A DNA stretch of 63,588 nucleotides, the filler included, from Nemertoderma westbladi (lineage: Eukaryota > Animalia > Xenacoelomorpha): assembly GCA_032718475.1 (NCBI GenBank). It is 4 parts of 4 records of this genome, joined end to end, with 100 filler letters (N's around TTAATTAATTAA, not from the genome) between each part and the next. Parts side by side here need not be neighbours in the genome. Positions count along the whole stretch, not along the records: positions 1 to 18,456 come from JAUCBJ010002159.1; positions 18,557 to 37,260 come from JAUCBJ010000758.1; 2 more parts are not named here. One strand, given 5' to 3'. Below the pieces are notes generated by a model that searched no databases, was not told the origin of the DNA, and saw only the letters and a list, made by a program, of their open reading frames with translations. Positions within the stretch are counted from its first letter, which is position 1. Every line of letters starts with the position of its first letter. The position numbers and the translations under genes are program-made. This document shows, one piece after another, positions 13,639-25,909 of the stretch.

Positions 13639-16600
13639 CACGTCAAACAACGAGGAGAGAAGTGAAATCGTAGCTGTAAGATGTGGTACACTAAATACAA
13701 ACGGATTTTCAAGCAATACAAACTATATAAATAAACTTCTTGATGAATGTGACTTCCTTGGAATACAGGAACACTGGTTGGACGATCTGGAATGTCAGGC
13801 CAGCCTCTTTCCGCTTGACAATAAATTTGACTGCGTCTACGCTGTCAGTTCTCTGATGGAAAATCCGGATAGAAAACGCGGTGCGGGCGGCGTCGCTTTA
13901 TTCTTTAGGAAGGATTTATTGAGGAATTGGTCTCAGGTAAACGGCGGCGACGACATAGTTGGGGTTATTGCTGACCTACACGATGCCGAGCGGCCGGTTT
14001 TGGTGTTATCATGTTATGCTCCGGATCAATCAAAGGACACCGCCTTGTATGACAGTTTCCTGGGTCGCCTACGCTCCCTCATAACTCAATATTCAGGGTG
14101 CCTTCCGATAGTCCTAATGGACTGCAATGCCGATGTCGGTAACTTACAAGGTGCGAGGGGACACCTATCAAACGAAAAACCAAATTCTAGAGGCATTCAT
14201 CTGAACTCATTCCTAAACACCATCGAGTTATGCGCGGCAGACACTCACACTCAGTTCAGTGGGCCAGTGGTAACTTTCCGGGGACAGGGTAGAGATACGT
14301 CCTCGTATATCGACCACATACTGACGTCAACCACCGGGCTCGATCTCATCAACACTGGAATAGTATACGACGACGATCCAGCCAATAACTTCTCCGACCA
14401 CGTTCCAGTAACTGCAATTTTTCAGCTCACTTCAAATAACGGCGACGCTGATAGTGATACACACATTTCAAAGCACAAACGACGTCAATTGAAGTTCAAT
14501 TGGGCGAAGGCAACGGATGAGGATAAAGATAAATATAAGGAGGTAGTTGACTTCGCAGTCGAAAAGTCTGCCCTAGAGATCAATGACCTTCGAGCCAAAA
14601 ATGGTAGCATCGAGGACATAAACAACTGCATGGACAAACTACAATGTGCAGTGATTGCGGCCGCAACAACATACATCCCGACGCTGAAACAAAGACGCAG
14701 TACGAAAAATATACGAATACGTTCCAAACTGCTACAATCAAGTGCGAAGATTACACGGCAGCTGTATAAACTGTGGGAGGAGGCGGGCCATGAGCCCACC
14801 GACCAACTGGGTTCGGAGTTCAAAGAGTCGAAACGGCGCACTCGGAGGATTAAAAATTATTTATCAAAGAACTTTGTTCGCAATTCCACAAACAAATGGG
14901 CCAGAAACATCAGTTCAAACCCTAGAAACTTCTGGGCCAACGTTAATCGCGCGAAGACTACTAGTGCCCCGCCAACGATGGAGTCTCCCCTGCGAGACCA
15001 CTACGCCACTAAGTTCAGTGGAGGCGGCGGAGTGAGTGAAACTCTGAACGCCGAACTGCGGGAAGCCTGTTCGGAAACGGTTCTCCCTCAAATCTCGTCG
15101 TTAGCTGTGAGACGAGCCGTGGTCTCACTATCGACTGGGAAATCCCCTGACTTCGCCTCATTAAGTGTGGAACATTTACTGCACATGAACCCAGAACCGA
15201 TCTGTGAATATCTCGCCACTTTAATCAATGCCTGTTTTAATCTAAAGCAAGTACCTGAATTGTTTGGAAATTCGGTCGTATCAAGTCTTTACAAAGGAAA
15301 GCGAAGAGACATATACAACACTGGATCCTATAGACCTATAGCTTCCATAAGTATCTGGGCGAAGGTGTTCGAACGTATCGTTCTCACCGACTTCCTCATC
15401 AATATCAAACTCCACGATAACCAAACTGCATATCGGGACAGGATCGGCTGTGATATTGCCATAGCGACAATTCTAGAATGTATGGAGAACAATCTATCCA
15501 GCAAATCGACACTGTTCGTATGTCAGCTGGACATCGAGTCGGCGTTCGACACGGTAGACTACGACGCACTCGGTCGCAAGATGTTGGAATTCGTCAACCC
15601 CCATGTGGTCGCGACCGTGCTGAACTATTACACCGTCAGTACGATATTCCTTAAGTTTGCCGGTTTAGTAGACAGCGACGGATTCCAAGTCTCCCGCGGA
15701 GTTAAACAGGGGTCGCTCCTATCGCCTCTCCTGTTCAATCTATATACCCGGAGTATTATTGATGACCTTCAGGACACAAACATCGGATACTCAATTAACT
15801 CGATCTGGTTGGGAGCAATCTCATATGCTGACGATTTTCTGTTGATGGCTAACAGCGCCAAAGACATTGAGCAGCTGTACACTACGTTTAGCTCAAGCGC
15901 CAAAAACATAACGCTGTCGGTGGAAAAGAGTAAAATAAACTGGTCGGTTTTTTCGAACCAACGATCTCTACATCTCCCAACTTTCATCACATTAGAAGGC
16001 CAACTGATCCCCGCCAAGAACTCGTGGACCTTTCTGGGCTACAACTTAGCCCAGGCTATGACCAACCCTCTGGGCGCGTCGGTGCAGAAAATCGCTGCTC
16101 TGGCCCACATGTTCCAGTCGAAGGGTTGGTCCACGAGGTGGCTCCCGGCGTCGGCCGTGTCTAACCTGTGGCGATCTATTGCGTTACCGGCTATTGTCTA
16201 CTCGCTAAAATTAAACATTGGAGCCCTCAACCAAAGCGATGTGAACACCCTCGATATCGCCTATAGAAACGCGCTCCGCAGTCTACTCAACGTTAGCTGC
16301 TACATCGGGAATGCCACACTCTATCATCTGTCGCAGCTCAGGCCGATCTCGCAGGAGGCTCTTCGACTCGCGGTGGGCACACTGACGAGGTACAACGAGT
16401 GCCGCAACAAGGCACTTCATAGTGCATTTATCAGCCTCGCAGTATCGAGTCTTTCACCTGGTGGAACGAAGGGTGGCCGAGGTATCCTTAGTGCGTATCA
16501 CAGCGCTGCTCTCGAACATCCATTACCGCGACTCGAGTCTATACTAATGTACCGGTACGCGAAGGAATCCATTGTTAACCGGATGGTCTTGGGCGCACCG

Positions 16601-16711
16601 ACTTCCGCAGATACTGCGAACGCCGGCTTCATTGCGGCCTGCTTCGACTTACAATCCCTGACGTTGGTGGAAAAACGAAACCGAATAAAGGATTATTTTG
16701 CAATAATTTAG
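13409..16711 (+). CDS. LINE ORF2: AP-endonuclease plus reverse transcriptase
   Basis: APE motifs TLNTNG, GIQEHW, GGVALF, DCNAD, IDHIL and SDHVPV. RT motifs YRPIA, LDIESAFDTV, GVKQGSLLSPLLFN, YADD and FLGY. No internal stops; the true start codon is uncertain. Confidence 0.96.
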   Translation: METSMGGNEISLGNEIMMDNPRGCATPTNNTHGNRIATDSPQAIVTAMNNYRGNEIATDSHHHILILESSRTGIVFNTSNNEERSEIVAVRCGTLNTNGFSSNTNYINKLLDECDFLGIQEHWLDDLECQASLFPLDNKFDCVYAVSSLMENPDRKRGAGGVALFFRKDLLRNWSQVNGGDDIVGVIADLHDAERPVLVLSCYAPDQSKDTALYDSFLGRLRSLITQYSGCLPIVLMDCNADVGNLQGARGHLSNEKPNSRGIHLNSFLNTIELCAADTHTQFSGPVVTFRGQGRDTSSYIDHILTSTTGLDLINTGIVYDDDPANNFSDHVPVTAIFQLTSNNGDADSDTHISKHKRRQLKFNWAKATDEDKDKYKEVVDFAVEKSALEINDLRAKNGSIEDINNCMDKLQCAVIAAATTYIPTLKQRRSTKNIRIRSKLLQSSAKITRQLYKLWEEAGHEPTDQLGSEFKESKRRTRRIKNYLSKNFVRNSTNKWARNISSNPRNFWANVNRAKTTSAPPTMESPLRDHYATKFSGGGGVSETLNAELREACSETVLPQISSLAVRRAVVSLSTGKSPDFASLSVEHLLHMNPEPICEYLATLINACFNLKQVPELFGNSVVSSLYKGKRRDIYNTGSYRPIASISIWAKVFERIVLTDFLINIKLHDNQTAYRDRIGCDIAIATILECMENNLSSKSTLFVCQLDIESAFDTVDYDALGRKMLEFVNPHVVATVLNYYTVSTIFLKFAGLVDSDGFQVSRGVKQGSLLSPLLFNLYTRSIIDDLQDTNIGYSINSIWLGAISYADDFLLMANSAKDIEQLYTTFSSSAKNITLSVEKSKINWSVFSNQRSLHLPTFITLEGQLIPAKNSWTFLGYNLAQAMTNPLGASVQKIAALAHMFQSKGWSTRWLPASAVSNLWRSIALPAIVYSLKLNIGALNQSDVNTLDIAYRNALRSLLNVSCYIGNATLYHLSQLRPISQEALRLAVGTLTRYNECRNKALHSAFISLAVSSLSPGGTKGGRGILSAYHSAALEHPLPRLESILMYRYAKESIVNRMVLGAPTSADTANAGFIAACFDLQSLTLVEKRNRIKDYFAII

Positions 16712-18059
16712 TCGTATTTATTTTATTTGCTTTATCAGATATATTTTTAGTCAGAACATACTCGGAAAATTTAATTCTTTAATCCAAATAACTTAATTTG
16801 ATTCAATTGTGTGCCATTCTTGCTATCTGGAGTACATTTTTATCTAGTCAGTTTTTAGATTCAATACCAATACCAAATTGGAGGTCACCAGAGGTCACAA
16901 CTGTCATTATGACCTTTTAAGAATCTGGGATCTTATTTTTATCAAGTAATTCAATCAAGAGGCGAACCTCTTTTTACTTCATGAAGTACACGTGTTATGT
17001 CATTATTTATCACATATTAACTGTTGTATATTTATGTAATTGTGTTCAGTTGCTGTCTTAATGATTTTATTGTCGGCTGGTCCGAATTAAACAAATGAAA
17101 TGAAATGAAATGTATCCACTAAACGAGATCCCATGGAACAACATGCATGCATTTCGACAAATGGCTCATATTTTGTGCTATTTCGGAGGTATATTTTTAT
17201 CTATAACTTGACTTCTCCTGTATCAAATTGATTTCTGTAAAGTTGCCACGGTTGATCTCAAATAGCTTGTCGCGATGGCCAATAAATTATATTATTATCA
17301 CGCGTTTTTTGCGTAATATTGGCGATTTTACGCATTTGAAACACGTGTTTCACAGAAAATTGGTTACATTTAGCCTTCCATTCAAAAAACGGTCATTGTA
17401 AATTAAGGCTATTATCCCAAATTTGATATAATATTTAATAGGCTTTTCAAAAAGTAGGCTGTCGTGCACAGCTAACCATTTGTGGAAATGGTATTTTCGC
17501 CCAAAATAAAATTTTTGATTACACCTATTTTTAGGGGAATGCCTGTACAATTCACCCTATTTACTATAGCAAGTCAATATCGGGACGATGCAATGGCTAA
17601 CGATGCAATATTTTCTTTTAGTTTCAGATACCATTCTAAGCCGAATTATGCTTGTTTTGGAAAATTTGGGACAGCCTACGTTGAAAAAAAATACGATAAG
17701 GCTTCCTTATCCATATAGAAAAGCCTGCGAAATGATATATGTTTTTGTAAACGAACTTCGTGGCACAAAGCAATTGAAGGAGAAAATATATTTCGTATCT
17801 TTTATTACTTTTTCAGATATAGAAAATTATGCTGCAATAATTTTTTTTCTACAGCCTACTTTCATATCTAGAAAATATATTTTTCTTATTTTATTTTATA
17901 AACAATCAACCTATTATTGAACAAATATTGATTTCATACATTATTTTCCTCCTGGAATTCATTGCTAAATACAGGAATTTTGCTTTGAAACCGATAATTG
18001 TATGCCTATTGCCTATGCATGTATGTGATATAACAAAACATGAAAAATATTAACAAAAA

Positions 18060-18456
18060 TCAATAATTTTTACGCTGTTATATCCTGTCTGGCCTCTATA
18101 TAACAAGAATAAAGAAAAATCTTAACAAAACTTTTAATATTCTCGTATATTTTATCATTCATTCTTGAATAATACTGTAGTTTAGCAATTTATTAAATTT
18201 ATCTTCTTACGCAATAATTATTGTTGTTTTACCATATCTGGAATCTATAAAACAAGAATAAAAAAAATCTTTGCAAAACTTTTACTATTCTCGTATAATT
18301 TTAACATTCATTCTTGAATAATACTGTAGTTTAGCAATTTATTAAATTTATCTTCTTACGCAATAATTATTGTTGTTTTACCATATCTGGAATCTATAAA
18401 ACAAGAATAAAAAAAATCTTTGCAAAACTTTTACTATTCTCGTATAATTTTAACTT
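18060..18456. repeat. AT-rich tandem satellite, unit about 149 bp, running into the gap
   Basis: TTAGCAATTTATTAAATTTATCTTCTTACGC recurs at 18182 and 18331; about 2.5 copies visible. Confidence 0.85.
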
Positions 18457-18556
18457 NNNNNNNNNNNNNNNNNNNNNNNNNNNNNNNNNNNNNNNNNNNN
18501 TTAATTAATTAANNNNNNNNNNNNNNNNNNNNNNNNNNNNNNNNNNNNNNNNNNNN
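18457..18556. other. Artificial contig spacer (N-run, TTAATTAATTAA, N-run)
   Basis: 100-bp linker with stops in all six frames; the same linker is at 37261-37360 and 58425-58524. Confidence 0.98.
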
Positions 18557-21500
18557 TCTCACCTCTCCTGCAGAGAGCGACGGACCACTATAGCTCCTGG
18601 AATCGGCTTTGTGACGCCGTCATATACTTTGAGCGATGTTTCTATCGTCACTATTCCAGGACGAAGAGGAAACCTGGAATTGTATTCAGGATGCAGCGAC
18701 TCAATCACCCAGTCGGTCGTTTGTGTTTATCGGAAGGGAATGGAGGACTCTCCGGAAACTGTGGAAGGCAAGATTCTCTTCCCACGACCACCTCCCTAAT
18801 CCTTCAAACATCTAGGGACTCCATAACGTAACAACATATGGAGTGGGTGTGTGACTCTATTATTTTATATTATTTTATTATTTTTATATTTATGTATGTA
18901 TTACTATGTAATTCTATTATAATCGTTTTCTTTAATTTAATTTAGTAGAATATTATTTTGGCGATTATTTTGTAGAATAGTGCAATATATTCGTGTTTAT
19001 TACGTACGTAATTACTTATATTATATTTAGTGAGACGGCGAAGAAATAATTATTTTTTATCTTTCCTTACTGTCCGTATTATATTATAAATACGTAACTA
19101 CAGTAAGATGAAATGTCTGTACTTATTAAAGTACAATAAAGCCACTACTATATTAAAGTATTATTGGTAGGCAGAGTATTAGGAATGCAAAGTTCAGATC
19201 CTCGTGTCTCGGCTAAACCAAGCTCTGGGTAGACCTTGGAAACGACTTGCCTCTTCACCCTGACATTGCTTCGTGCGATATTGCTCTCATACCGTATATT
19301 AAATAATACATATAGTAGCGTGATGTCCCTTTAACAGTAGCGTATAACGCAAAATAAATCTGTTAAACCCTTTGACCATCTGTAATTCTAGTCGATTAAG
19401 ATATCGTGGCACCCACCGATATACTTGAAAGACAAATTATAGAATCAGTGGTTAACGTCCCCAGACAAGTTCTGGAATAAATCGGTGCCCATCTCAAATA
19501 TTAATTAGTTAATATTTACAAATCAAATAAGTCAAAATCTGTAAAATTCAGATCCTTCAACAATTCTAGTCAATTAAGATATCGTAGCATTTACCGATAT
19601 TCTTAAAGAGACAATTTTCTTAGAATTAAGGATCTTGTGTCCCTAGACAAGTTCTAGAATCAAAATATGTCCATTTAATTATCAAATAATAAAATTTCAG
19701 GGAATAAATTTAAATTCATGTCTTTTAATGAATTTAATAAATTGCCATTTTACGCGATTTATAACATTCCCAAAATTCCATAAATTAATAGATCAAGGGA
19801 GCGGAGATTTATATTATTATGCGTATGCGTGTACGAAAGTCTCCCAAACATAGTTAATAGCCGATAAAATTCGTAAAGTCATGTATAAACAGGACATTGA
19901 CTATTAAAGAATTACTATTAAATAACATCCCAGATCTGTATGCATTGGAATTACTCTAATTCTACCGCTAGCTTTGCATAATGTCACCATAGCAACAACC
20001 ACGCTAGAATTAGAATTGAGTTAAACAAACAATAGAAAGCTTGTCCCATTGAATAGCATAGGGAATAAATAGTGCACTGATAGTATCCAAGGATACATAA
20101 TAATACAGTGACATTCTGGAAGGCATTGACTAACGGACAAGTGACCCGAGTGTGTGTAATTTGTGACAAGTTGTGTGTGTGGTACTTGTGAGTTTATAGG
20201 CGAATGTTACTACTAAGGTGTGTTTACAGTAGCCAGTCGCAATCGTAAAGTAACCTAACTCTCCAAGGAAAACCTGAAGTACATCTAAGCCTTTGGGACG
20301 GACAGTTGAGTGACTTGTGCCGGTTGTCGTTGTCGTTGTGCGGCTACGTCGTTGGCGAAAGTACAGCGGCGACGACACATCGGCGCTGAGGATCTCGTAC
20401 AGTCCGGGGGTTAATTGGAGTAGGCAGCGACGCTCGCTAGCCTAAATATAAACTCCTTATAATGTGGATAAACTCATATATAGCAGACATGACGGAGTTG
20501 ATAGAAGATGGTCTTGGTATCGAGGAACGATGTACTCTACTTTTACAAGCGTTTGTTGATAGCTTAATTCGCGGCGACGTTAGTCCAACTGCTGCGGAGG
20601 ACGATGGTCGTTATATCGAACCGCCAATGTCCCAAGAGCAGCCCGCGCGCGAGTTGGACTATAGAAAATTCGCTGCTCGATATACGCAGCGTAATGGTAC
20701 GTATATGGTCTTCTTAACTACTGGTCATCCTATCGATTTACACAATACGGACTATGTCGACTATATATCCTGCCCAGCGGAGTCGGAACCATAAACTGAA
20801 ATTCGAATGCGAAAATTCTATTCGAAATCGGCTCGAAAGAAAAGACACTAAAGAAACAAATGGACGCGGTAACTCCAAAGTATATTTGGAATTCTTGATA
20901 GAAGCATTGTAACAACAAATAAATGTCACCCGCGTTTACCCTACCAGACGTGCGTCTTTGGTATTATTACGATAAACGCCCTAGACCCAAATAATAAACG
21001 GAAAGACATAAACATCCATGTAAACCGAAACTTGTTGACGTATCACCTATGCTCACTCGGCTCGAACGATCCTGGAGTAAACCTACGATCAGAGTCCCGG
21101 AATACTCGGTCAAACCTCCTCATTCCTTAGTTGGACCTCAGACCTGCGATCTTGGTGGTGTCGCGGATCCTCGCGGACTGTATTCACTGTTCAAAGATCT
21201 AGTGCTACCCTAACAATTAATCGGTAACACTCCGACAGTGATTTCTAGCTAGCCGCCCATCTTACCTAGCCGGATTGTGATGCGGACACCTAATATCACT
21301 ATCCTACCGTATGGTCGTCCCCGTTTAACGCGATACAACCCTTCATCAAGGTGAAGGAGAGTTTTGTACGAAACGAGTTAAACGTGATTCTATAAAGATC
21401 AAAAGGGAAACCTGCGTTTGTTCAGATAAACGTAAGTTATAACAGTAAGTCCAATCGATAAACGAATTGGCCTTATCTCGGTTCGATTGGGAAATCTCGA

Positions 21501-21851
21501 ATCTCTAAGAAGATATCAAGCTTAGAAAACCCTATTCTCTGCGAGAGTTTTGGACGAACATATCCCATGACAAGCGGAGAAAAATCAGCTCGAGGAGAAG
21601 CATATCGAAATGGACGAGACACCGACAGTAAACCCAAACCTTCTAATGCAATCATATTGCACCCTTCACCCAGGAGTTATGGCCCTCCTAGTAAAGTGGT
21701 TCCCCCCAAAGAGAAAAGGACTCTTGCTAGCTTTAAAAAACTGCGTAAACGCCGTCCGCGCGAGAAAGACTAACTGTTTAGAGTATCTTTAGGTTTTAGA
21801 AACTGTGATTTTTATATTTTATAGACTGAAAATCCCATTTTCTGGGAGCGG

Positions 21852-23089
21852 TGTAAAAGCCTTTGCTGAATTGCCCCGTTATTTTTATTATCTTTTACAT
21901 TAAAATACTCTGTAGTTGATTTAATAAGTGTAAGAGACCGTATTATTGCTGTATCGGTGTTTTTAGAGGATCTAAGACCTATTTCCTCCGTATGTGTACT
22001 GTGAAAGGCATATTTTATGATTCTATGGCAATTCGTGACGCAAAGGGGTGATAGCTACTCTTGAACAGTAGTTACTATGACTACGGTTAACAGCTGACAT
22101 TCATACGTGTTGATTTCCTTTGTTCTACGGCGTCTCTCAGTTCAGTCAGCCAATTAGAGCGTTTTTGTGGCTCCTTGTACAGAAAATTTCCGAGAAATGA
22201 CGCAATGCCTATGTGCAGTGTTTACATTCAGTCCTGAGCCAAAGAAAGAACGGCTTGGAAGTATTTTGTGCTTTACTGTTTTTAGTCTTACACTAGTAGG
22301 TTTAATTATAAAGGGCATATATCCTTTAACCTACCTGACTCATGGAATCACTGCTGACTGATCATACATGCTGACTGCTGAAACATTGCAAACTCGTAAC
22401 AATCAATGTTCAGTTGTTGTTTTATACTGCTATTTACTGTCAGTTCTTCATAATATGGTTGATGAATTATTATATTTGGAATAACGATAAATAACCCCGA
22501 AACCCAATATTCTTGATATACCGAAGGTAAGAGAGAAAGGTTACCAATAACGATTGTGACTTATGTTAAAGTGGTTTGAAGTGAATCCAATGTTATTTGA
22601 TAGACCCTACATGATTCAGTCTGTGTTCCTTTTATATGTGACTAAAATCAGTGAAGATTGGCAGATTAGTGTGCAGTATTGTGCAGCATTGTGTATGAGT
22701 GAGTCTGTTAAAGAAGCAATTCCTAAAGAATGCGCCATATATGTGAATTATAATTAAGCCATATCGTTGTGAGTAGTTTAAGTCATAACTCTGTTTATAT
22801 AGATAAAGCGCCACGTCCTAAAGGAACTGTTAATATTCCCGAAGGTGAATAATATTGTCAGAGATTATATAATACTGTCAGTCGAATAATACATTAGGCT
22901 TACATAGCAATAAAATTAAACCGTCGAACCCAATCTCCCGGGAATCTCCAGCGGGTGAATGGTCGCGCACGGATTGGTTTCGACTAGTGTAGTGAATCAA
23001 ATACTTGTCATAGACTAAAAACAGATTTAATATCTAGAAGACATCTTAATTTGGTGGGTTAAACTGCCAAAGGTCTGAAAGCGCGAACA
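21852..23089 (+). mobile_element. LTR (TG...CA), probable 3' LTR of a BEL/Pao-like element whose internal part is 18557-21851
   Basis: Starts TGTAAAAGC and ends GCGCGAACA. Homologous along its length to the solo LTR at 49698-50799. Preceded by a purine-rich PPT-like tract (TGGGAGCGG). Cuts the RT C-terminus of the second LINE at 23090. Confidence 0.75.
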
Positions 23090-25909
23090 CAGGGTAGTGC
23101 TTCGTTGTCCATCCATTCCTATGGAATGTGTCCGCAAGTGCAGCTATTGATTGTATTATGTCAGATACATAAATGTTATTGTGATCCAGTTTAATCCCAC
23201 GAATAGTGACCCAAGGAATGTGAGGGATGGAGATGTGGCATGAAGATATCCATTTATAGAAATCATGAGCGGTGGACTGTCGTTTTTCCGGTTGGTGTGA
23301 GATTCCTTGAAAATCCAGTTTACTTTTGATGTCTCCAATGCAAGGTTGAGATTCGTGAGTTCAGTTTGTATATGACTGGCCATTTGCTCAATTTCATTGC
23401 TGGACGTTCCCATTAACAGTATGTCATCCGCATAAGAAAGTGTACCCATAATTAGATGAAAAATACGACACCCTTTACTGTCTGGCCCGCCATCATGAAG
23501 TTGTGTAAGAATACCATTGGTGTAGAAATTGAATAATACGGGCGATATTATAGATCCCTGTTTAACACCATTATGCATTGCGAATCCATTCGTGTCCACC
23601 ATGCCATTGATGTTGATAAACACCATACTTGCTTTGTAATAAACTACCAGCAGTCGACATATATAGGGATTAATATGTTCTGATAATTTTTTAAATAGAG
23701 GATAGTGATTAACAGAGTCGAATGCTGCTGCTATATCCATTTGGCAGACGTAAACCCCGGAGCCTCTACTGGGATAAAATTCTATATGTTCTAGAATAGC
23801 GCTGAGTATAACATCGGAACCGATACGTTTTATCTTATTATTAGGTATAATCTCCAAGAAATATTCCTTTGCAACGATACCTTCCAGAACTTTTGCAAAT
23901 TAACAAATGGATGCGATGGGACGGTAAGATGATGGGTTCATTGAATCTTTGCCTTTGCCTTTGTATAGGCATTTTACAACTGTCTCCCCAAAGAAAGTTG
24001 GTACTATGCCTAGGCGAATGGATTCATTGTAAAGTCTGGCTAAGTGTTTGCATACTGTATCCTTATCTGTGTAGATCAAGTGTTCGACTGTCAAGGTACT
24101 TTTATCCGGTGATTTACCTTTGCCCAGGAGTAAGATAACGTCTTCCACCGTCTTTTCTGAGATGAGTGGGTGCTCAGTCCCTTCACATTTTGCATTTATA
24201 TCATCTATTAATGTTTCAAGATCTCCAGTTTCACCAGAATCTCTCTGAAATTGCTGACGCAGATGGGTAGTAAGTGGGACGCGCATTGATTCTGAAGTTT
24301 CTACGGTTTGTTTATTCTTAAGGTGATTCCATAAGGAGCGAGGTTTGGCAGTATGGTTTTGAATTATCCCGTGAATATGATTAGATAGCCTGTTCTTGGT
24401 TAACCAGTTCCTAAGACGCCTCACTGCACGTTTTGAATCCTTGAACAAATGGTTGTAGCGATCTGATTGACATTTACCACGCTCACACCAGATGCCATAT
24501 AGAGTTCTGGTGATTTTGGACTTTTCATGCAATTGGGTACTCCTAATTCTATAATTACGAGTTCGTTTTCTGATGGAACTCTGGGGAACGTGTGCACAGG
24601 CAGCTTCGTAAAATACACTCTATAATGATTCCCCATACCACTCCAAATCAACTTTGGTCCAACTGTAATGGTTACCTTCTATTACGTCATCTAGGTGGTT
24701 GTGATCGGCAATGGTCGCTTGCTTGTAACTTTCTAATTGCTCTTCGCTACATTTATGCCAGTTGAATCGACGAATACGATGGTGTGAAGAGTTTAGTTTA
24801 TTAACCGCACTGTCCGGAGTTGGTCTTATGGTAACTTTCAGTGTGGCGGATACAGGTACATGATCGGATTGGTTTGATACGTTATCCATATCGTAAATTC
24901 TACCATTCATTATCAAGTCTAACCCAGTGTCCGTAGTTAGTATATGGTCTATGTATGTACGCCCTCACCCATAGAATGTGCAGCATGGGCCGTCAAAGTT
25001 ATCAAGTGTATCAGCTGCCTCCAGAGTGTGGTCAGTTAGGAAGTCGTTCAGTGAAATTCCTCTGGCAGTTGCCACTTTTCTACTGTACCTTTTACCTTGG
25101 AGCGGCCCAACATCAGCATTCCCATCCATTAAGATTAGGGGTATCGTGGTATGATGAGAAGTAACCACATTACTTAATCTTCCAAGAAAGTCATTGTAGA
25201 CACTGGGGGGCTTGCTGGAGTCCGGTGCATACGCTGAAATAATTAGGAGTTGTTTATGAAATCCATCCATTGTGGCAAGCACACCTATGACGTCATTTCC
25301 AGATTCAACCGGTACAACGGAACTGAATATACCACGCTTAATAAGTATACATACGCCTCCCCGCGTGCTGTTAGTAACTTGTGACGTTGTTCCCGGTAGG
25401 TATTTACATATATAATCACCACCAAAGGTCCCTTCTAAAATTTCTTTGCATTCAACTGCATCCAGCCAGTGTTCCTGTATAGCAAAAATGTCAATGTTGT
25501 TTCTTAATAAACTACTAATATAATCTAAATTAGCAATTAATCCCCTAGTGTTGAAACTACAGCACTTTAATGTGGAAAAATCAGTGGAAATATATTTTTT
25601 ATTGGTATTGTTTGAATCCGTGGGATAGGGTCGGCCGCTATTAAGGTTGGGGATGTAATTCGTGCTATTGTTATTATCCAAACTTGATATGTTAATGATA
25701 TTATCCCGTATTATGTCGTTGTTCACATTATAAAACTCTGTATCAGCAGCACCCGCTGTTGTCCCACCACAATTATTAAAGGTGATTTCGCCCTCCCCGG
25801 CTGGACGTATAATGTTTGGTGTGGAATCCTGACACTGGGCTATTGTTATTGTTTGAGTTATATGGGTAGGTGTGGTTGTATGTCTCTCTGCGGTCCTTCC
25901 ATAGCGCAC
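23090..25909 (-). pseudogene. Fragmented ORF2 (APE + RT) of LINE copy 2
   Basis: Four ORF pieces (24965-25909, 24620-24916, 23900-24532, 23156-23857). A terminal piece SIAALADTFHRNGWTTKHYP matches KIAALAHMFQSKGWSTRWLP in element 1. Confidence 0.92.

Larger units (their letters stand above)
10403..17110 (+). mobile_element. Apparently full-length non-LTR retrotransposon (APE-RT LINE, RTEX-like or CR1-group) with a Ulp1-protease ORF1
   Basis: Interrupts GGGGGT^TGTATCCAC, which is uninterrupted at 3751-3765 and 7074-7088. Has 5' (AACTG)3, two long open ORFs, a 3' UTR and a (TGAAA)n tail ending at 17110. No target-site duplication. Clade assignment is tentative. Confidence 0.95.

Noticed and set aside
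18501-18512. TTAATTAATTAA palindrome inside the N runs
   Set aside because: Artificial scaffold linker, identical in all three gaps.
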